Made by a program: the position numbers and the translations under genes
NCBI GenBank assembly: GCA_038043805.1
Contig: JBBTBG010000004.1
Location: 1-53,278 of the forward strand
DNA length: 53,278 bases
From: Nanobdellota archaeon
GTDB lineage: Archaea; Nanobdellota; Nanobdellia; Pacearchaeales; GW2011-AR1
Direction: 5' to 3'
The notes under the pieces: generated by a model
Seen by the model: only the letters and a program-made list of their open reading frames with translations
Databases searched by the model: none
Told to the model about the DNA's origin: nothing
Part shown: one piece after another, positions 39,500 through 48,082 of the stretch
How the letters are laid out: each line of letters opens with the position of its first letter
How positions within the stretch are numbered: position 1 is the first letter of the stretch

Positions 39500-40054
39500 A
39501 TGAGAAATACTCACATATATTCAGGCATACACTCAAAACATATAGAAGATTTAAGTGCAATAGATAGAGCTTGCTTCGGGCGCGAGCCTTCAGAGCAAGA
39601 AATAAGACGTGCATTGAGACATCCTCATCTCTTCACATTTATCACACATCACGACAATAATCGAGAACAGATTGTAGGATACGGTTTAGTACTTCCACTA
39701 AATAGAACAGCTCATAAGGCCATCAAAGAGGGAAGAATGGCTGAAGAAGAGATAGGTTCAAAACATATTGTACCAGAATCAGAGGCTTCAGGAATATATA
39801 TAGCTTCAATTGCATCTCTACCTTATCATCCTAAAATTTCTCCTCTTCGCATGGTCTCTTTGCGCGGAAGAATTGTAGGATATACCCTTGGACCCCTGCT
39901 TCGTACTCCTAAAGAAGTTTTCGCTATTGCGATTTCTCACGATGGAGAATCTATTTGTCGTGAGACAGGTATGGTGCCTCAAGAGTATCAGGGTTCTCTT
40001 CAGGGTCTCAAAGGATATACTTCTCAACTTTTCACTAAATCCCCTTTAACATAA
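39500..40054 (+). CDS. Hypothetical protein (possible GNAT-like fold, weak)
   Basis: 184-aa ORF, first gene of a tightly packed three-gene unit. Only a vague IVGYGLV-type strand pattern is visible. Confidence 0.4.
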   Translation: MRNTHIYSGIHSKHIEDLSAIDRACFGREPSEQEIRRALRHPHLFTFITHHDNNREQIVGYGLVLPLNRTAHKAIKEGRMAEEEIGSKHIVPESEASGIYIASIASLPYHPKISPLRMVSLRGRIVGYTLGPLLRTPKEVFAIAISHDGESICRETGMVPQEYQGSLQGLKGYTSQLFTKSPLT

Positions 40055-40055
40055 T

Positions 40056-40550
40056 ATGAACAATCAATCTTTAAGAAAGAACATTGCCTCTGAATCCTGG
40101 CGCCTCGTCAAGGAAAAATTCACTCGTTACCTTCCCGCAGAACTTATAGGTACAGCATCGGCGTTTGCAGCAGGAGCTTATGCAGCAAATCACTTCAATA
40201 ATAATGCTTTAGCCATAGGATATGCTGCTACATTAGGAGAAACAATAGGATTCTACACTACAATTATTACTCAGCAAGTCCGTGAAGATCGTAAACAGGC
40301 ACAACGCAATCAACAACCTTATGGTTTTCAAGGGGCTCTTTCAACTTCGTGGGATCTCATCCGTGAATTCGGTCTTGCAGAAGTAATTGATACTCCCTTA
40401 ATTCGTCCTAGTGCAAAAGCGCTAGGAACAAAAGTCCTAGGACCAGAAACAGGAATTCTGGCAGGAAAGCTTGTAGGTGACCTGATGTACTTTATCATTG
40501 CAGGAACATGCCATGAGCTCACTAAAAGAAAAAAGGAGAAGAAGATATGA
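40056..40550 (+). CDS. Membrane protein, hypothetical
   Basis: 164-aa ORF with 3-4 hydrophobic segments and a 1-nt gap from the upstream gene. Confidence 0.5.
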   Translation: MNNQSLRKNIASESWRLVKEKFTRYLPAELIGTASAFAAGAYAANHFNNNALAIGYAATLGETIGFYTTIITQQVREDRKQAQRNQQPYGFQGALSTSWDLIREFGLAEVIDTPLIRPSAKALGTKVLGPETGILAGKLVGDLMYFIIAGTCHELTKRKKEKKI

Positions 40551-41122
40551 CTCTCTTTTATACTCAAGAGGAAGAGCAAACACTTAGAGACGTAGCCGCT
40601 TTATTAATAGCTGTGCTTCCAGAAGAACAAAAAACAGCTACTGCTCCTCTGAAGGAGTTATTAAGAGCTCAAGTCGTTACACAACATTTTCATCATCCTG
40701 AAGAGTTTCTCAATATTCCTCAAGGCATTCTTATGCTCGCAGAAGTAATAACAATGGCACGTTCTGCAAGATGGAAAGAAACACAAGCAGCTAATGATGA
40801 AGAATATCAATTTGCCAGTGCAAGTACGCGTTTCTATCTTCAAAATGAATATGCCCTACGATTTGCAGGCCTTCCATCCATTCTCCAGGAAGGGCTTCTG
40901 AAAAAAGCAAGTCAACCTATCACACTCATCCCCTTATTTAAGTTTCAGCTAGGACAATCAGACGCTTTCGTTTCATATATTCATCAACGTTCTCGGTATG
41001 AAGATCTTGTGATAGATACTGGAACAAAAAACCCTCTCGAGATAAGCCCTCTTGAACTGTATCTCACGCAAGGAGAGCTTCGTATAACGCTGCGTGCGAA
41101 GCTTAGGGAGTTTCTCAAATGA
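40547..41122 (+). CDS. Hypothetical protein
   Basis: 191-aa ORF with a 4-nt overlap (ATGA) with the upstream gene. Confidence 0.5.
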   Translation: MTLFYTQEEEQTLRDVAALLIAVLPEEQKTATAPLKELLRAQVVTQHFHHPEEFLNIPQGILMLAEVITMARSARWKETQAANDEEYQFASASTRFYLQNEYALRFAGLPSILQEGLLKKASQPITLIPLFKFQLGQSDAFVSYIHQRSRYEDLVIDTGTKNPLEISPLELYLTQGELRITLRAKLREFLK

Positions 41123-41181
41123 CATTCAAAGCAGACTTCGAGCAATTGCAGGGAATCGCGACAGAACGTGCGATGAAAACA

Positions 41182-41577
41182 TCAGTATGCCTCAATCTCT
41201 AATCCTTTAATCTTCTCAAAATGCCTTGCATTACGCGTAACAAGTGTTTCATGATGTTGCAGAGCAATCGCCGCAATCATAACATCTTCAGGTTCTATTT
41301 CATCGTTCTTTTTTGTTAGTGTTGCCTCAATCTCACCTGCAATAAAAGCACTTTCCATATCAAAGTCAACAACATAATGAGATGAGAGAAATTGTTTAAT
41401 TTTTTCTTTCTCACTATCAGGTCTATCACTTAAATGTGCTCCACTTATTAGTTCCATGACAACAGGTGATGGGATAAAAAGAGCAGAGTTATTCTTTTCT
41501 AAGCGATCTTTAAGAATGCGGGCTTTTTCACTACCTCGTAAGATGTCGATGATGAATGAAGTATCTAAGCAAACCAT
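41182..41577 (-). CDS. vapC: PIN-domain toxin VapC
   Basis: MVCLDTSFIID N-terminus and conserved acidic positions. It lies directly after the antitoxin gene. Confidence 0.85.
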   Translation of the reverse strand: MVCLDTSFIIDILRGSEKARILKDRLEKNNSALFIPSPVVMELISGAHLSDRPDSEKEKIKQFLSSHYVVDFDMESAFIAGEIEATLTKKNDEIEPEDVMIAAIALQHHETLVTRNARHFEKIKGLEIEAY

Positions 41578-41823
41578 TTAATTAAGCTCCTTAACAATTC
41601 GAGAGACTCTTTCAAAGCGAGATTTTCGGTGCTTATTTCTCCGTTCCTCAATTGCTTTTTCTAATTTCTCTCCAGACTCTCGAGAGAGAACTCCAAAGAA
41701 CTTGCTCAGGGAAGGTTTTCCTGTAATTCGAATCACAATTTCTGAAAAGCTTTCATTTTCTTTGCCAAGGCCTCTTAGCCTTCGATACGCCTCTTCAGTC
41801 AGAGAGATATTCTTTGTTGCCAT
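41578..41823 (-). CDS. vapB: VapB-type antitoxin (COG1753-like)
   Basis: ATKNISLTEEAYRRLRGLGKENESFSEIV pattern. I take the ATG at 41823 rather than the GTG at 41829. Confidence 0.75.
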   Translation of the reverse strand: MATKNISLTEEAYRRLRGLGKENESFSEIVIRITGKPSLSKFFGVLSRESGEKLEKAIEERRNKHRKSRFERVSRIVKELN

Positions 41824-41847
41824 ACCCACACATATATGTGTGGGTAT
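41822..41847. promoter_or_regulatory. Perfect 26-nt palindrome ATACCCACACATATATGTGTGGGTAT between the TATA box and the vapB start (operator)
   Basis: The sequence is self-complementary over all 26 nt. A TATA-like ATATAAATA lies immediately upstream on the minus strand, and the start codon is embedded in the palindrome end. Confidence 0.65.
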
Positions 41848-41857
41848 TTATATCTTT

Positions 41858-43558
41858 CTATGACAAAGAGTCTTCTAAGCGACTGAATATACTCTGATCC
41901 AATGTTTCTCCAACGACAATAGCATCATTCAAAGGAGGAATATCTCGTTTAGAGTCATGAGACCCAGGTTCATAAGTCTCTTTTTCATCAGCGGAAAGTT
42001 CTTCTAAAATAACTTCTTCTATATCTTTTTCTTCAAAAGGCACAGGCAAATTTTCCCAAGAAAGACTTTCTCCAAGAGCATCAACATTCGAAGGAGCTTC
42101 TTTAAGGAACTCTCTCTCTTGAAGATTTACTTTTACTTTACCAATAATAGCTTCTTCTTTCTCCTCCTTTTTTGCATCCACTCTCTCTGACATATCTTCA
42201 TATATTTTACTCCCATCTAAAACCACAGTAGTTCCTTCTTTGAGCCTTCCTATGGCTCCCGTTGCTCCAACCATACAGGCAATGCCAAGTTCGCGAGCAA
42301 GAACAGCAGCATGGCTGGTACTTCCTCCTTCTTCAGCAATCAAAAGACCTGCGCTAGAGAGTGCAAGCAAGGCATCAGGATATAGAAAAGAACGTACTAC
42401 AGCATCGTTCTTATTCACATGAGAAAAATCATTGTCAGAGATAATTTTCACATCTCCTTGTCCAGGTACTCCATTCGCAAATCCTTTTAGAATTTCATTT
42501 CCAGTGTAATTCTTATTGCTTGGTTCATTTAAAGTAAAACAAAGAGGGCGTGCTTCTAATAGAAAAAGCTCTTCACCAATATATGCAAATTCGATCGCCA
42601 AAGGTTGCTTAAAATGCTCTTCACATCTCAAGGCAGTACGCGCAAGCATTTTAACTTCTCGTTCACTTAATACTTGATATGTACTCTTGCCTTCAGATAA
42701 CTTAACAATACTACTTTCTCCAGAAGAGTCTCGCAAGACTGCATGTTTCTTTAAAGCTATGTTCACACGCTCAATAGAGAGTTCGCCTTCTTTCTCGCTC
42801 AGTTCATAATGATCTGGGGTAATCACTCCAGAGACAACACCTTCTCCCAGTCCCCAAACAGCTTCGACAACCATTCGGTTACTAGTAAGAGGATCTTTCG
42901 TAAAGAGCGTTCCCGATCTCTCAGAATCAATCATATGCTGAATAACAACTCCTAAAGAAAAATCATTCCAACTCATACCCTTTAAAGAGCGATATTTGAG
43001 TGCGCAGGCATTAAAAAGAGATGCAAAACATTGTTTTACTCTACGCAAAACATCTTTCTCTCCTTTTACATGAAGATAACTATCATGTTGCCCTGCAAAA
43101 CTCTCAGTTTCTTTACTGCATACAGAACTTCGTACAGATACAAAAAGAGGTTCAAAAGAACGCTTTAAAATAGCCAGTGCGCTGCTATCCTTTCCTTCAA
43201 ATACATGTTTATCAACATCTAAAATATCATAAGCTTCACTAACTGCATCAGCCAAATCTGAGGGTATGCTCGCATCAAGAATCATTTTTTTAATCTGCCC
43301 AGAAATCTCCTCAATTTTTTTAAAGTCATTCATATCTGTGTTCTCAAACAAAGACATAATTTTTGTTGACAATCCAGATTTTTCAAGAAAATGATTATAG
43401 GCTTTACTCGTAACACAAAAACCTGCAGGGACAGGATATTTTTCACGATACATCTCAGAAAGGAAAGCTCCTTTACTTCCCATCAAAGAAATATCTTGAG
43501 CTCCACTTTCAGAGAACCACCTTATAAAATCACTGGCTACTTCCCCTTTTCCAACCAT
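41858..43558 (-). CDS. PEP-utilising enzyme family protein: ATP-grasp (PPDK_N) plus mobile His domain, no PEP/pyruvate TIM-barrel domain
   Basis: GSKGAFLSEMYREKYPVPAGFCVT near the N-terminus and phospho-His motif GGSTSHAAVLARELGIACMVG. The C-terminus is an acidic tail instead of the third domain. Confidence 0.75.
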   Translation of the reverse strand: MVGKGEVASDFIRWFSESGAQDISLMGSKGAFLSEMYREKYPVPAGFCVTSKAYNHFLEKSGLSTKIMSLFENTDMNDFKKIEEISGQIKKMILDASIPSDLADAVSEAYDILDVDKHVFEGKDSSALAILKRSFEPLFVSVRSSVCSKETESFAGQHDSYLHVKGEKDVLRRVKQCFASLFNACALKYRSLKGMSWNDFSLGVVIQHMIDSERSGTLFTKDPLTSNRMVVEAVWGLGEGVVSGVITPDHYELSEKEGELSIERVNIALKKHAVLRDSSGESSIVKLSEGKSTYQVLSEREVKMLARTALRCEEHFKQPLAIEFAYIGEELFLLEARPLCFTLNEPSNKNYTGNEILKGFANGVPGQGDVKIISDNDFSHVNKNDAVVRSFLYPDALLALSSAGLLIAEEGGSTSHAAVLARELGIACMVGATGAIGRLKEGTTVVLDGSKIYEDMSERVDAKKEEKEEAIIGKVKVNLQEREFLKEAPSNVDALGESLSWENLPVPFEEKDIEEVILEELSADEKETYEPGSHDSKRDIPPLNDAIVVGETLDQSIFSRLEDSLS

Positions 43559-43590
43559 TCTAAGAAAAAGAATAACAGGTTAATAAATCT

Positions 43591-44130
43591 TTACTGCGTC
43601 TTTTCAAAAACAACTCTTGTCTTGCAAGGCACTTTAGACTTTATCATAATCATAGCAGCTTTAGCAACTTGAGCGCCTTTTTCTGTTGCACAAGCAACTG
43701 AAAACATCTGTTGTCCAGGCTTCACCATTGCAGCCCTTCCAACAACAACACCAAACGATTGAGTCATACCTGTAGAGATTCTGTCAGCTCCTGCAACTGC
43801 CGCCGCACTCTTATTCTCCCTTAAAAGGTGATGGGGATGTACTTTCACCATTAAGAAATACTGTCCTGGAGCCCCTTCATCCATCTGCTTAGTCAATAAC
43901 ATTCTACAAGCCTCTAATGCATTATCTCTCACTTGGACAGCCTGTTCAGAGGCAAGACTGATTTCATAGCCATATTTTCCCTGCTCATAATCTTTGCGAA
44001 CACCAGCATCAAATTTAACAATCTTACTATAAGGCACTGTCTTTATATAAGACTTATCCTTGCGACGCGAATTACGCGTATAAGGGCGCGCAATCTTCTT
44101 TGAATATGCTAATGCTTTACGTAAGCCCAT
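43591..44130 (-). CDS. rpl10e: Ribosomal protein uL16 (L10e)
   Basis: N-terminal ARPYTRNSRRKDKSYIKTVP...KIVKFDAG pattern and ~175-aa length typical of archaeal L10e. Confidence 0.88.
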   Translation of the reverse strand: MGLRKALAYSKKIARPYTRNSRRKDKSYIKTVPYSKIVKFDAGVRKDYEQGKYGYEISLASEQAVQVRDNALEACRMLLTKQMDEGAPGQYFLMVKVHPHHLLRENKSAAAVAGADRISTGMTQSFGVVVGRAAMVKPGQQMFSVACATEKGAQVAKAAMIMIKSKVPCKTRVVFEKTQ

Positions 44131-44409
44131 TTACTTCTTCCCTCCAGTCACAGCTTCAGAAACTTCAATCTCACTTGTCATAGCTTGTCCAGGCAATCCT
44201 TTCTCAAATATAGCTCTTACAATACCCTTATTACCATGCGCATCGCTTATTTTTCCCATAACCATCTTTCCCGAACTACTCTTCCAACTTACAGCCTTAC
44301 CCACATACTTTTTTGCCTCTTCTCTCTTGGAAAGTCCAAGATCAATCAAATAATGTTTTTCATGAATGCGATGTCTACTGCGTCGGAATTGTACTAAAAT
44401 ACCTTTCAT
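44131..44409 (-). CDS. rpl35ae: Ribosomal protein eL33 (L35Ae)
   Basis: GKISDAHGNKGIVRAIFEKGLPGQAM block. 92 aa, contiguous with rpl10e. Confidence 0.85.
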   Translation of the reverse strand: MKGILVQFRRSRHRIHEKHYLIDLGLSKREEAKKYVGKAVSWKSSSGKMVMGKISDAHGNKGIVRAIFEKGLPGQAMTSEIEVSEAVTGGKK

Positions 44410-44662
44410 CTCTCTTAAAGAAAAAAGAGGTTTTTAAACCTTTAGCTCTTTTGAGCTAAATGGGATAAAGATTCTATAAATCTTTATATCTTGTTGCTCT
44501 TCGATCGACGACAATATTATTTATCCTCCAACACTTTCTTTAAATTTAGAAAAATAGATACTTTTGTATAACAGAAAAATCTATTCAATCAACCTCATAC
44601 AACTATAATTATCCTATAACAGTCCACTTAAAAACTCTACAGAAAATAAACCAAAAGGAGAA

Positions 44663-45973
44663 CTAAACAGATCTTCTCTTATTAAAATAAGTATAGAGAT
44701 CTTTTATCTCTTGATCAGAGAGATCCTTATTAAAGAGCATCAACTCATCCATCAAACCTTTATAATCCATAAAACTATTCGTATTAGGAGACGTTCCAGT
44801 AGTTATCCTACAATTCGTTGTAGAACATGGAACTGTGCTTTGCAATACTCCGATACGTCTAACTTGAGTAAATGAAGTCATTGTAGGGCAACCTGTAGCC
44901 GTAGATTCTCTCAATACTCCATCAACATAAAATTTACAACTTCCTCCACTCGGCGTAATAGAAATAACTACAAAAGTCCACCTATTAGGATCAAAAAATG
45001 CTCCCTTTGCAGACTCTTTCCAACTACCTGCAGCACCCACTGCCAAAGAAGATTGCGAAGAGGTACCTGCAGTGACAACATTCATTCCAAAACCATATCC
45101 TGCGCCAGGAGCATTCCCCGATTGACCACTTATTAACAACACCTGTGAAGTCAAATCCGCTGGTTTTAACCAAACCGCAAAAGTAATACCTGTAGAAATC
45201 AAATCTAAAGACTTGTCTGCAGCTACAGCAGGCAAAGTTATGTAAGTAGTACCAGATCCACTAGGAAGAAATTCTGCAGAAGCACTACCTGAAATAAAAG
45301 AACTCTTACTCTGCGCAACACTACCCTGCCCAGTAGAATAAACAGGGGTAGCTGACAAACCTTGATAACTTCCAGCAGTATCTGAAATAGTAGGGTTATT
45401 TGGAGTCCAAGGATTAACCTCATCAAACCCGTACCAAGCGATAATTTTATTAAGCACAAGATGATCGCCTTCCTGAACTTGCTGTTCAGCAGAAATAGAT
45501 CCTGGCTGGTTTGTACCATCTGGGAGAAGAAGAACAGGTTGAACCTTAACGGAAGTGATCCTACCTGCTAATCCAGTTGAGCCAGGATTATCGATTGTAA
45601 TTGGTAAAGTTTCAAGCTCTTTAAAATTACCTCCAGGAACATTATAATCCAAAGCAGTTTCTTTACCAGAAGAATCTCTCAAAATTACTTTCAAAACACT
45701 CACTCTCGCCTCAGACCCTCCCTGATCTCTTCTTAAATTAAACTTTACTGAACTAATAGAACCGTCCCTTACAACATCTGTAACACCAGGAAGAATAGTA
45801 AACGAAGTTGTTAAAGCACTCGCACTAAGTTGACTCGTAGTTCCAATAATAAACTGCCTGATAACAACCCACATAATAGCAACTCCTGCCAACACTAGTA
45901 AAATCAATAGAACTGTCGTGACAACGTCACTCAAACCTTTTTTATCACCTATCAACAAACCTCTCCTTTGCAT
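44663..45973 (-). CDS. Archaeal type IV pilin-like protein (class III signal peptide) with a C-terminal LamG/concanavalin-like domain
   Basis: KKGLSDVVTTVLLILLVLAGVAIMWVV (prepilin-type N-terminus) and a C-terminal DELMLFNKDLSDQEIKDLY typical of LamG-type domains. Confidence 0.7.
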   Translation of the reverse strand: MQRRGLLIGDKKGLSDVVTTVLLILLVLAGVAIMWVVIRQFIIGTTSQLSASALTTSFTILPGVTDVVRDGSISSVKFNLRRDQGGSEARVSVLKVILRDSSGKETALDYNVPGGNFKELETLPITIDNPGSTGLAGRITSVKVQPVLLLPDGTNQPGSISAEQQVQEGDHLVLNKIIAWYGFDEVNPWTPNNPTISDTAGSYQGLSATPVYSTGQGSVAQSKSSFISGSASAEFLPSGSGTTYITLPAVAADKSLDLISTGITFAVWLKPADLTSQVLLISGQSGNAPGAGYGFGMNVVTAGTSSQSSLAVGAAGSWKESAKGAFFDPNRWTFVVISITPSGGSCKFYVDGVLRESTATGCPTMTSFTQVRRIGVLQSTVPCSTTNCRITTGTSPNTNSFMDYKGLMDELMLFNKDLSDQEIKDLYTYFNKRRSV

Positions 45974-46239
45974 ACCGTATATAAAATGCAGGGGTATTTA
46001 AATGTTTCTGCTAAATTAACCGTCGGTGTTCCGAGGAGAATAATAAACAAAAATAATTTTATCGAATAGAAATTTTCATCTAAACAATTTTTCTCCAAAA
46101 ACTTCAAGAAATTCTTTTGTTGTTCATACGCGAATGTGTTTCTGTTGTTGAAAGTGATGGTCATCGCTCCAGATGCCATCTTTAGGATGAGCGAGTGCAA
46201 GGGCGATAACCAAAATCAAAGATACAAATGAAACTCTAA

Positions 46240-46458
46240 TTACAATCCTTCTACCGCTTGTTCAATAAGACGAGAGACAGAAGAACCCTTAGCTTTGCTT
46301 ACTTCTTTAAGTTTCTTAATAGTACGCAAGGGAAGGGTAATATCTATACGCTTTCGTTTCCACAATTTCTCTCGTGTCTGGTCATAATGCTCCAGCTCCA
46401 TGAAATCTTGCTTGTACTTCTCAAAAATGTATTTGATATATTCTTCAGTGAATGACAT
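46240..46458 (-). CDS. Ribbon-helix-helix (CopG-like) protein, candidate antitoxin
   Basis: C-terminal IDITLPLRTIKKLKEVSKAKGSSVSRLIEQAV fits the RHH pattern. 14-nt overlap with the Doc gene. Confidence 0.6.
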   Translation of the reverse strand: MSFTEEYIKYIFEKYKQDFMELEHYDQTREKLWKRKRIDITLPLRTIKKLKEVSKAKGSSVSRLIEQAVEGL

Positions 46459-46879
46459 GTTTCAACCTCTCTGCAATAACGCGAATGTCACTAATATTTT
46501 TAGAAGCGATGGAAAGCATATGATGTTTGAGTAATTCTCGATCAACAGTTTTTTTGTGTTGATCAGCAAAGGCAAATGTTATAAACATGGCTGTTTTTTT
46601 ATGTCGGGGATCGACGGTCGCTCCCCGAGCATCCAAAGCACGAGCGCTTCCCCAAACCCCATCCTTTAGGATGGAGTGCGCATCGTGCTTTTGATTTCCA
46701 TCACTAAAGGGATGGTCAATTAAAATGGCTCGCATAAGATAGGCAAGTTTTTTGTAAATGCCTAATTTCTTTCTCTGCTGTTGATCGAGGGCAAAATCAA
46801 GGCTTGAGCTATTACTAAGAGTACCTCCAAATCCAAGAGCAATTCTACTAATGTCTTCCTTACTAATATTCATACACAT
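46445..46879 (-). CDS. doc: Doc (Fic-fold) toxin gene carrying an in-frame 93-nt family A element inside the catalytic motif
   Basis: HPFSDGNQK-[31 inserted codons]-TAMFITFAF. Removing 46599-46691 gives HPFSDGNQKTAMF, matching the length and pattern of HPFxDGNKRTA. Confidence 0.7.
   Translation of the reverse strand: MCMNISKEDISRIALGFGGTLSNSSSLDFALDQQQRKKLGIYKKLAYLMRAILIDHPFSDGNQKHDAHSILKDGVWGSARALDARGATVDPRHKKTAMFITFAFADQHKKTVDRELLKHHMLSIASKNISDIRVIAERLKHVIH
46599..46691 (-). mobile_element. Family A structured insertion element, copy 3 (93 nt)
   Basis: The minus strand reads AATCA|AAAGCACGA-T-GCGC-AC-TCCATCC-TAAA-GGATGGGG-TTTGGGGAA-GCGC-TCGTGCTTT-GGATGCTC-GGGGA-GCGACCGTCGA-TCCCC-GACATAA. 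Confidence 0.75.
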
Positions 46880-46969
46880 AATATCTCGTAAGTTCTATTT
46901 AAATCTTTCTATAAATAGCGTTATTTTATGTGTATAAATCTACGTAATCAATTAAAACCAAAGCTAAAG

Positions 46970-47572
46970 TTAGAGCTCACGAAATTTAACTCTATGCTTC
47001 TGAAGAGCTTCTCGAATTGCAGAAGCATCCTTTACATTAACAAAAAGTACATTTGAAAGTTTATCTATATTCAACGAAGAAACAATTCCTTCTCGTCGGT
47101 AAACTTTTTTGCCTTTCTTAAGGGTATAACCATAGAGCTCACGAAGTACAGCCATTTTCTGATGTTGTTTCAAGGAAGAAAGGTCGTATGAAATAAGAAC
47201 GTTATCCCCCTCTCTCTTCTCAAAAGAACACTTTCCATAAATAAGGATCCCATAAGCAGTTAATTCTCTTCGTAGTTCATTCCACTGTTCACTCTGCAAG
47301 TCACCTACAAGTACTGAAAGGGGAAGGGTAATCCCCCTCAATTTCCAAGTTTTTTCAGAGCGAAGTTCAAATTCATTGACAGCTTCTCGACAGAACGATT
47401 GTATCTCTCCGATTAGTTTATTATCGTTGATATCAATAAACAAGTCAACATCAGAGTCTTTTTTCTGTTCTCCACGCGCTACACTCCCAAAAAGAGTAAT
47501 ACTTCTTATTTTTTCTCTATCTTTTAACTTATCAAAGAAGACAGAAAGAAAATCATAAACATAAGCGAGCAT
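46970..47572 (-). CDS. Minimal nucleotidyltransferase (MNT-type)
   Basis: LFGSVARGEQKKDSDVDLFIDI signature. I take the start at MLAYVYD (47572), 1 nt after the stop of the upstream gene. Confidence 0.75.
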   Translation of the reverse strand: MLAYVYDFLSVFFDKLKDREKIRSITLFGSVARGEQKKDSDVDLFIDINDNKLIGEIQSFCREAVNEFELRSEKTWKLRGITLPLSVLVGDLQSEQWNELRRELTAYGILIYGKCSFEKREGDNVLISYDLSSLKQHQKMAVLRELYGYTLKKGKKVYRREGIVSSLNIDKLSNVLFVNVKDASAIREALQKHRVKFREL

Positions 47573-47573
47573 G

Positions 47574-47966
47574 CTACATTTTCTCCTCAAGTAGTTTTTG
47601 TAATGCAAATAACAATTCAATAGCTTCTTCCGCTTCTCTGGCTTCTTTATCTCTACCATAACAGAGGCGATTTCTTAATTCTTCAATACGAACAAGCTTC
47701 TTAAGAATGTCTTCTTTGTGGTTAAAGGCAAAAGAAAATGTATTCTCCGATCGTTTTTCAGATGCAAAAAAAGAATGGTTCACGTGAAATCCAGGAGGTA
47801 TTAAGAGATGTTCATGTAGGAAAATTGCAAAAAGATTCGTCGCTGCTTCAGAAACGGCAAATCCTATAATTTTTTGTCGTTGAACAACCAATCCAAGACG
47901 AATCTTTTCTTCGATGTCATCTATAAGTTCCTTTACAATTTTCTGATGTTCTTCAATGGAAGGCAT
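47574..47966 (-). CDS. Helical HEPN-like partner of the MNT (no clear RxxxxH motif)
   Basis: 130-aa helical ORF directly upstream of the NTase. I take the start at MPSIEEHQK (47966) because a TATA-like TTATATATA lies ~21 nt upstream on the minus strand. Confidence 0.45.
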   Translation of the reverse strand: MPSIEEHQKIVKELIDDIEEKIRLGLVVQRQKIIGFAVSEAATNLFAIFLHEHLLIPPGFHVNHSFFASEKRSENTFSFAFNHKEDILKKLVRIEELRNRLCYGRDKEAREAEEAIELLFALQKLLEEKM

Positions 47967-48001
47967 AAGGAAGAATAATAAAAGAAGTATATATAACTTT
48001 C

Positions 48002-48056
48002 TGTTATTAATAACAGAAAAGATGTTATACATAACAAATTTATGTTACATATAACA
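48002..48056. promoter_or_regulatory. Three phased operator palindromes TGTTA-N4-TAACA upstream of the HEPN-like/MNT operon
   Basis: TGTTATTAATAACA (48002-48015), TGTTATACATAACA (48023-48036) and TGTTACATATAACA (48043-48056). Starts are spaced 21 and 20 nt apart, immediately upstream of the TATA box. Confidence 0.6.
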
Positions 48057-48082
48057 TATTTACAAACTTGTTAGAGAACCTC

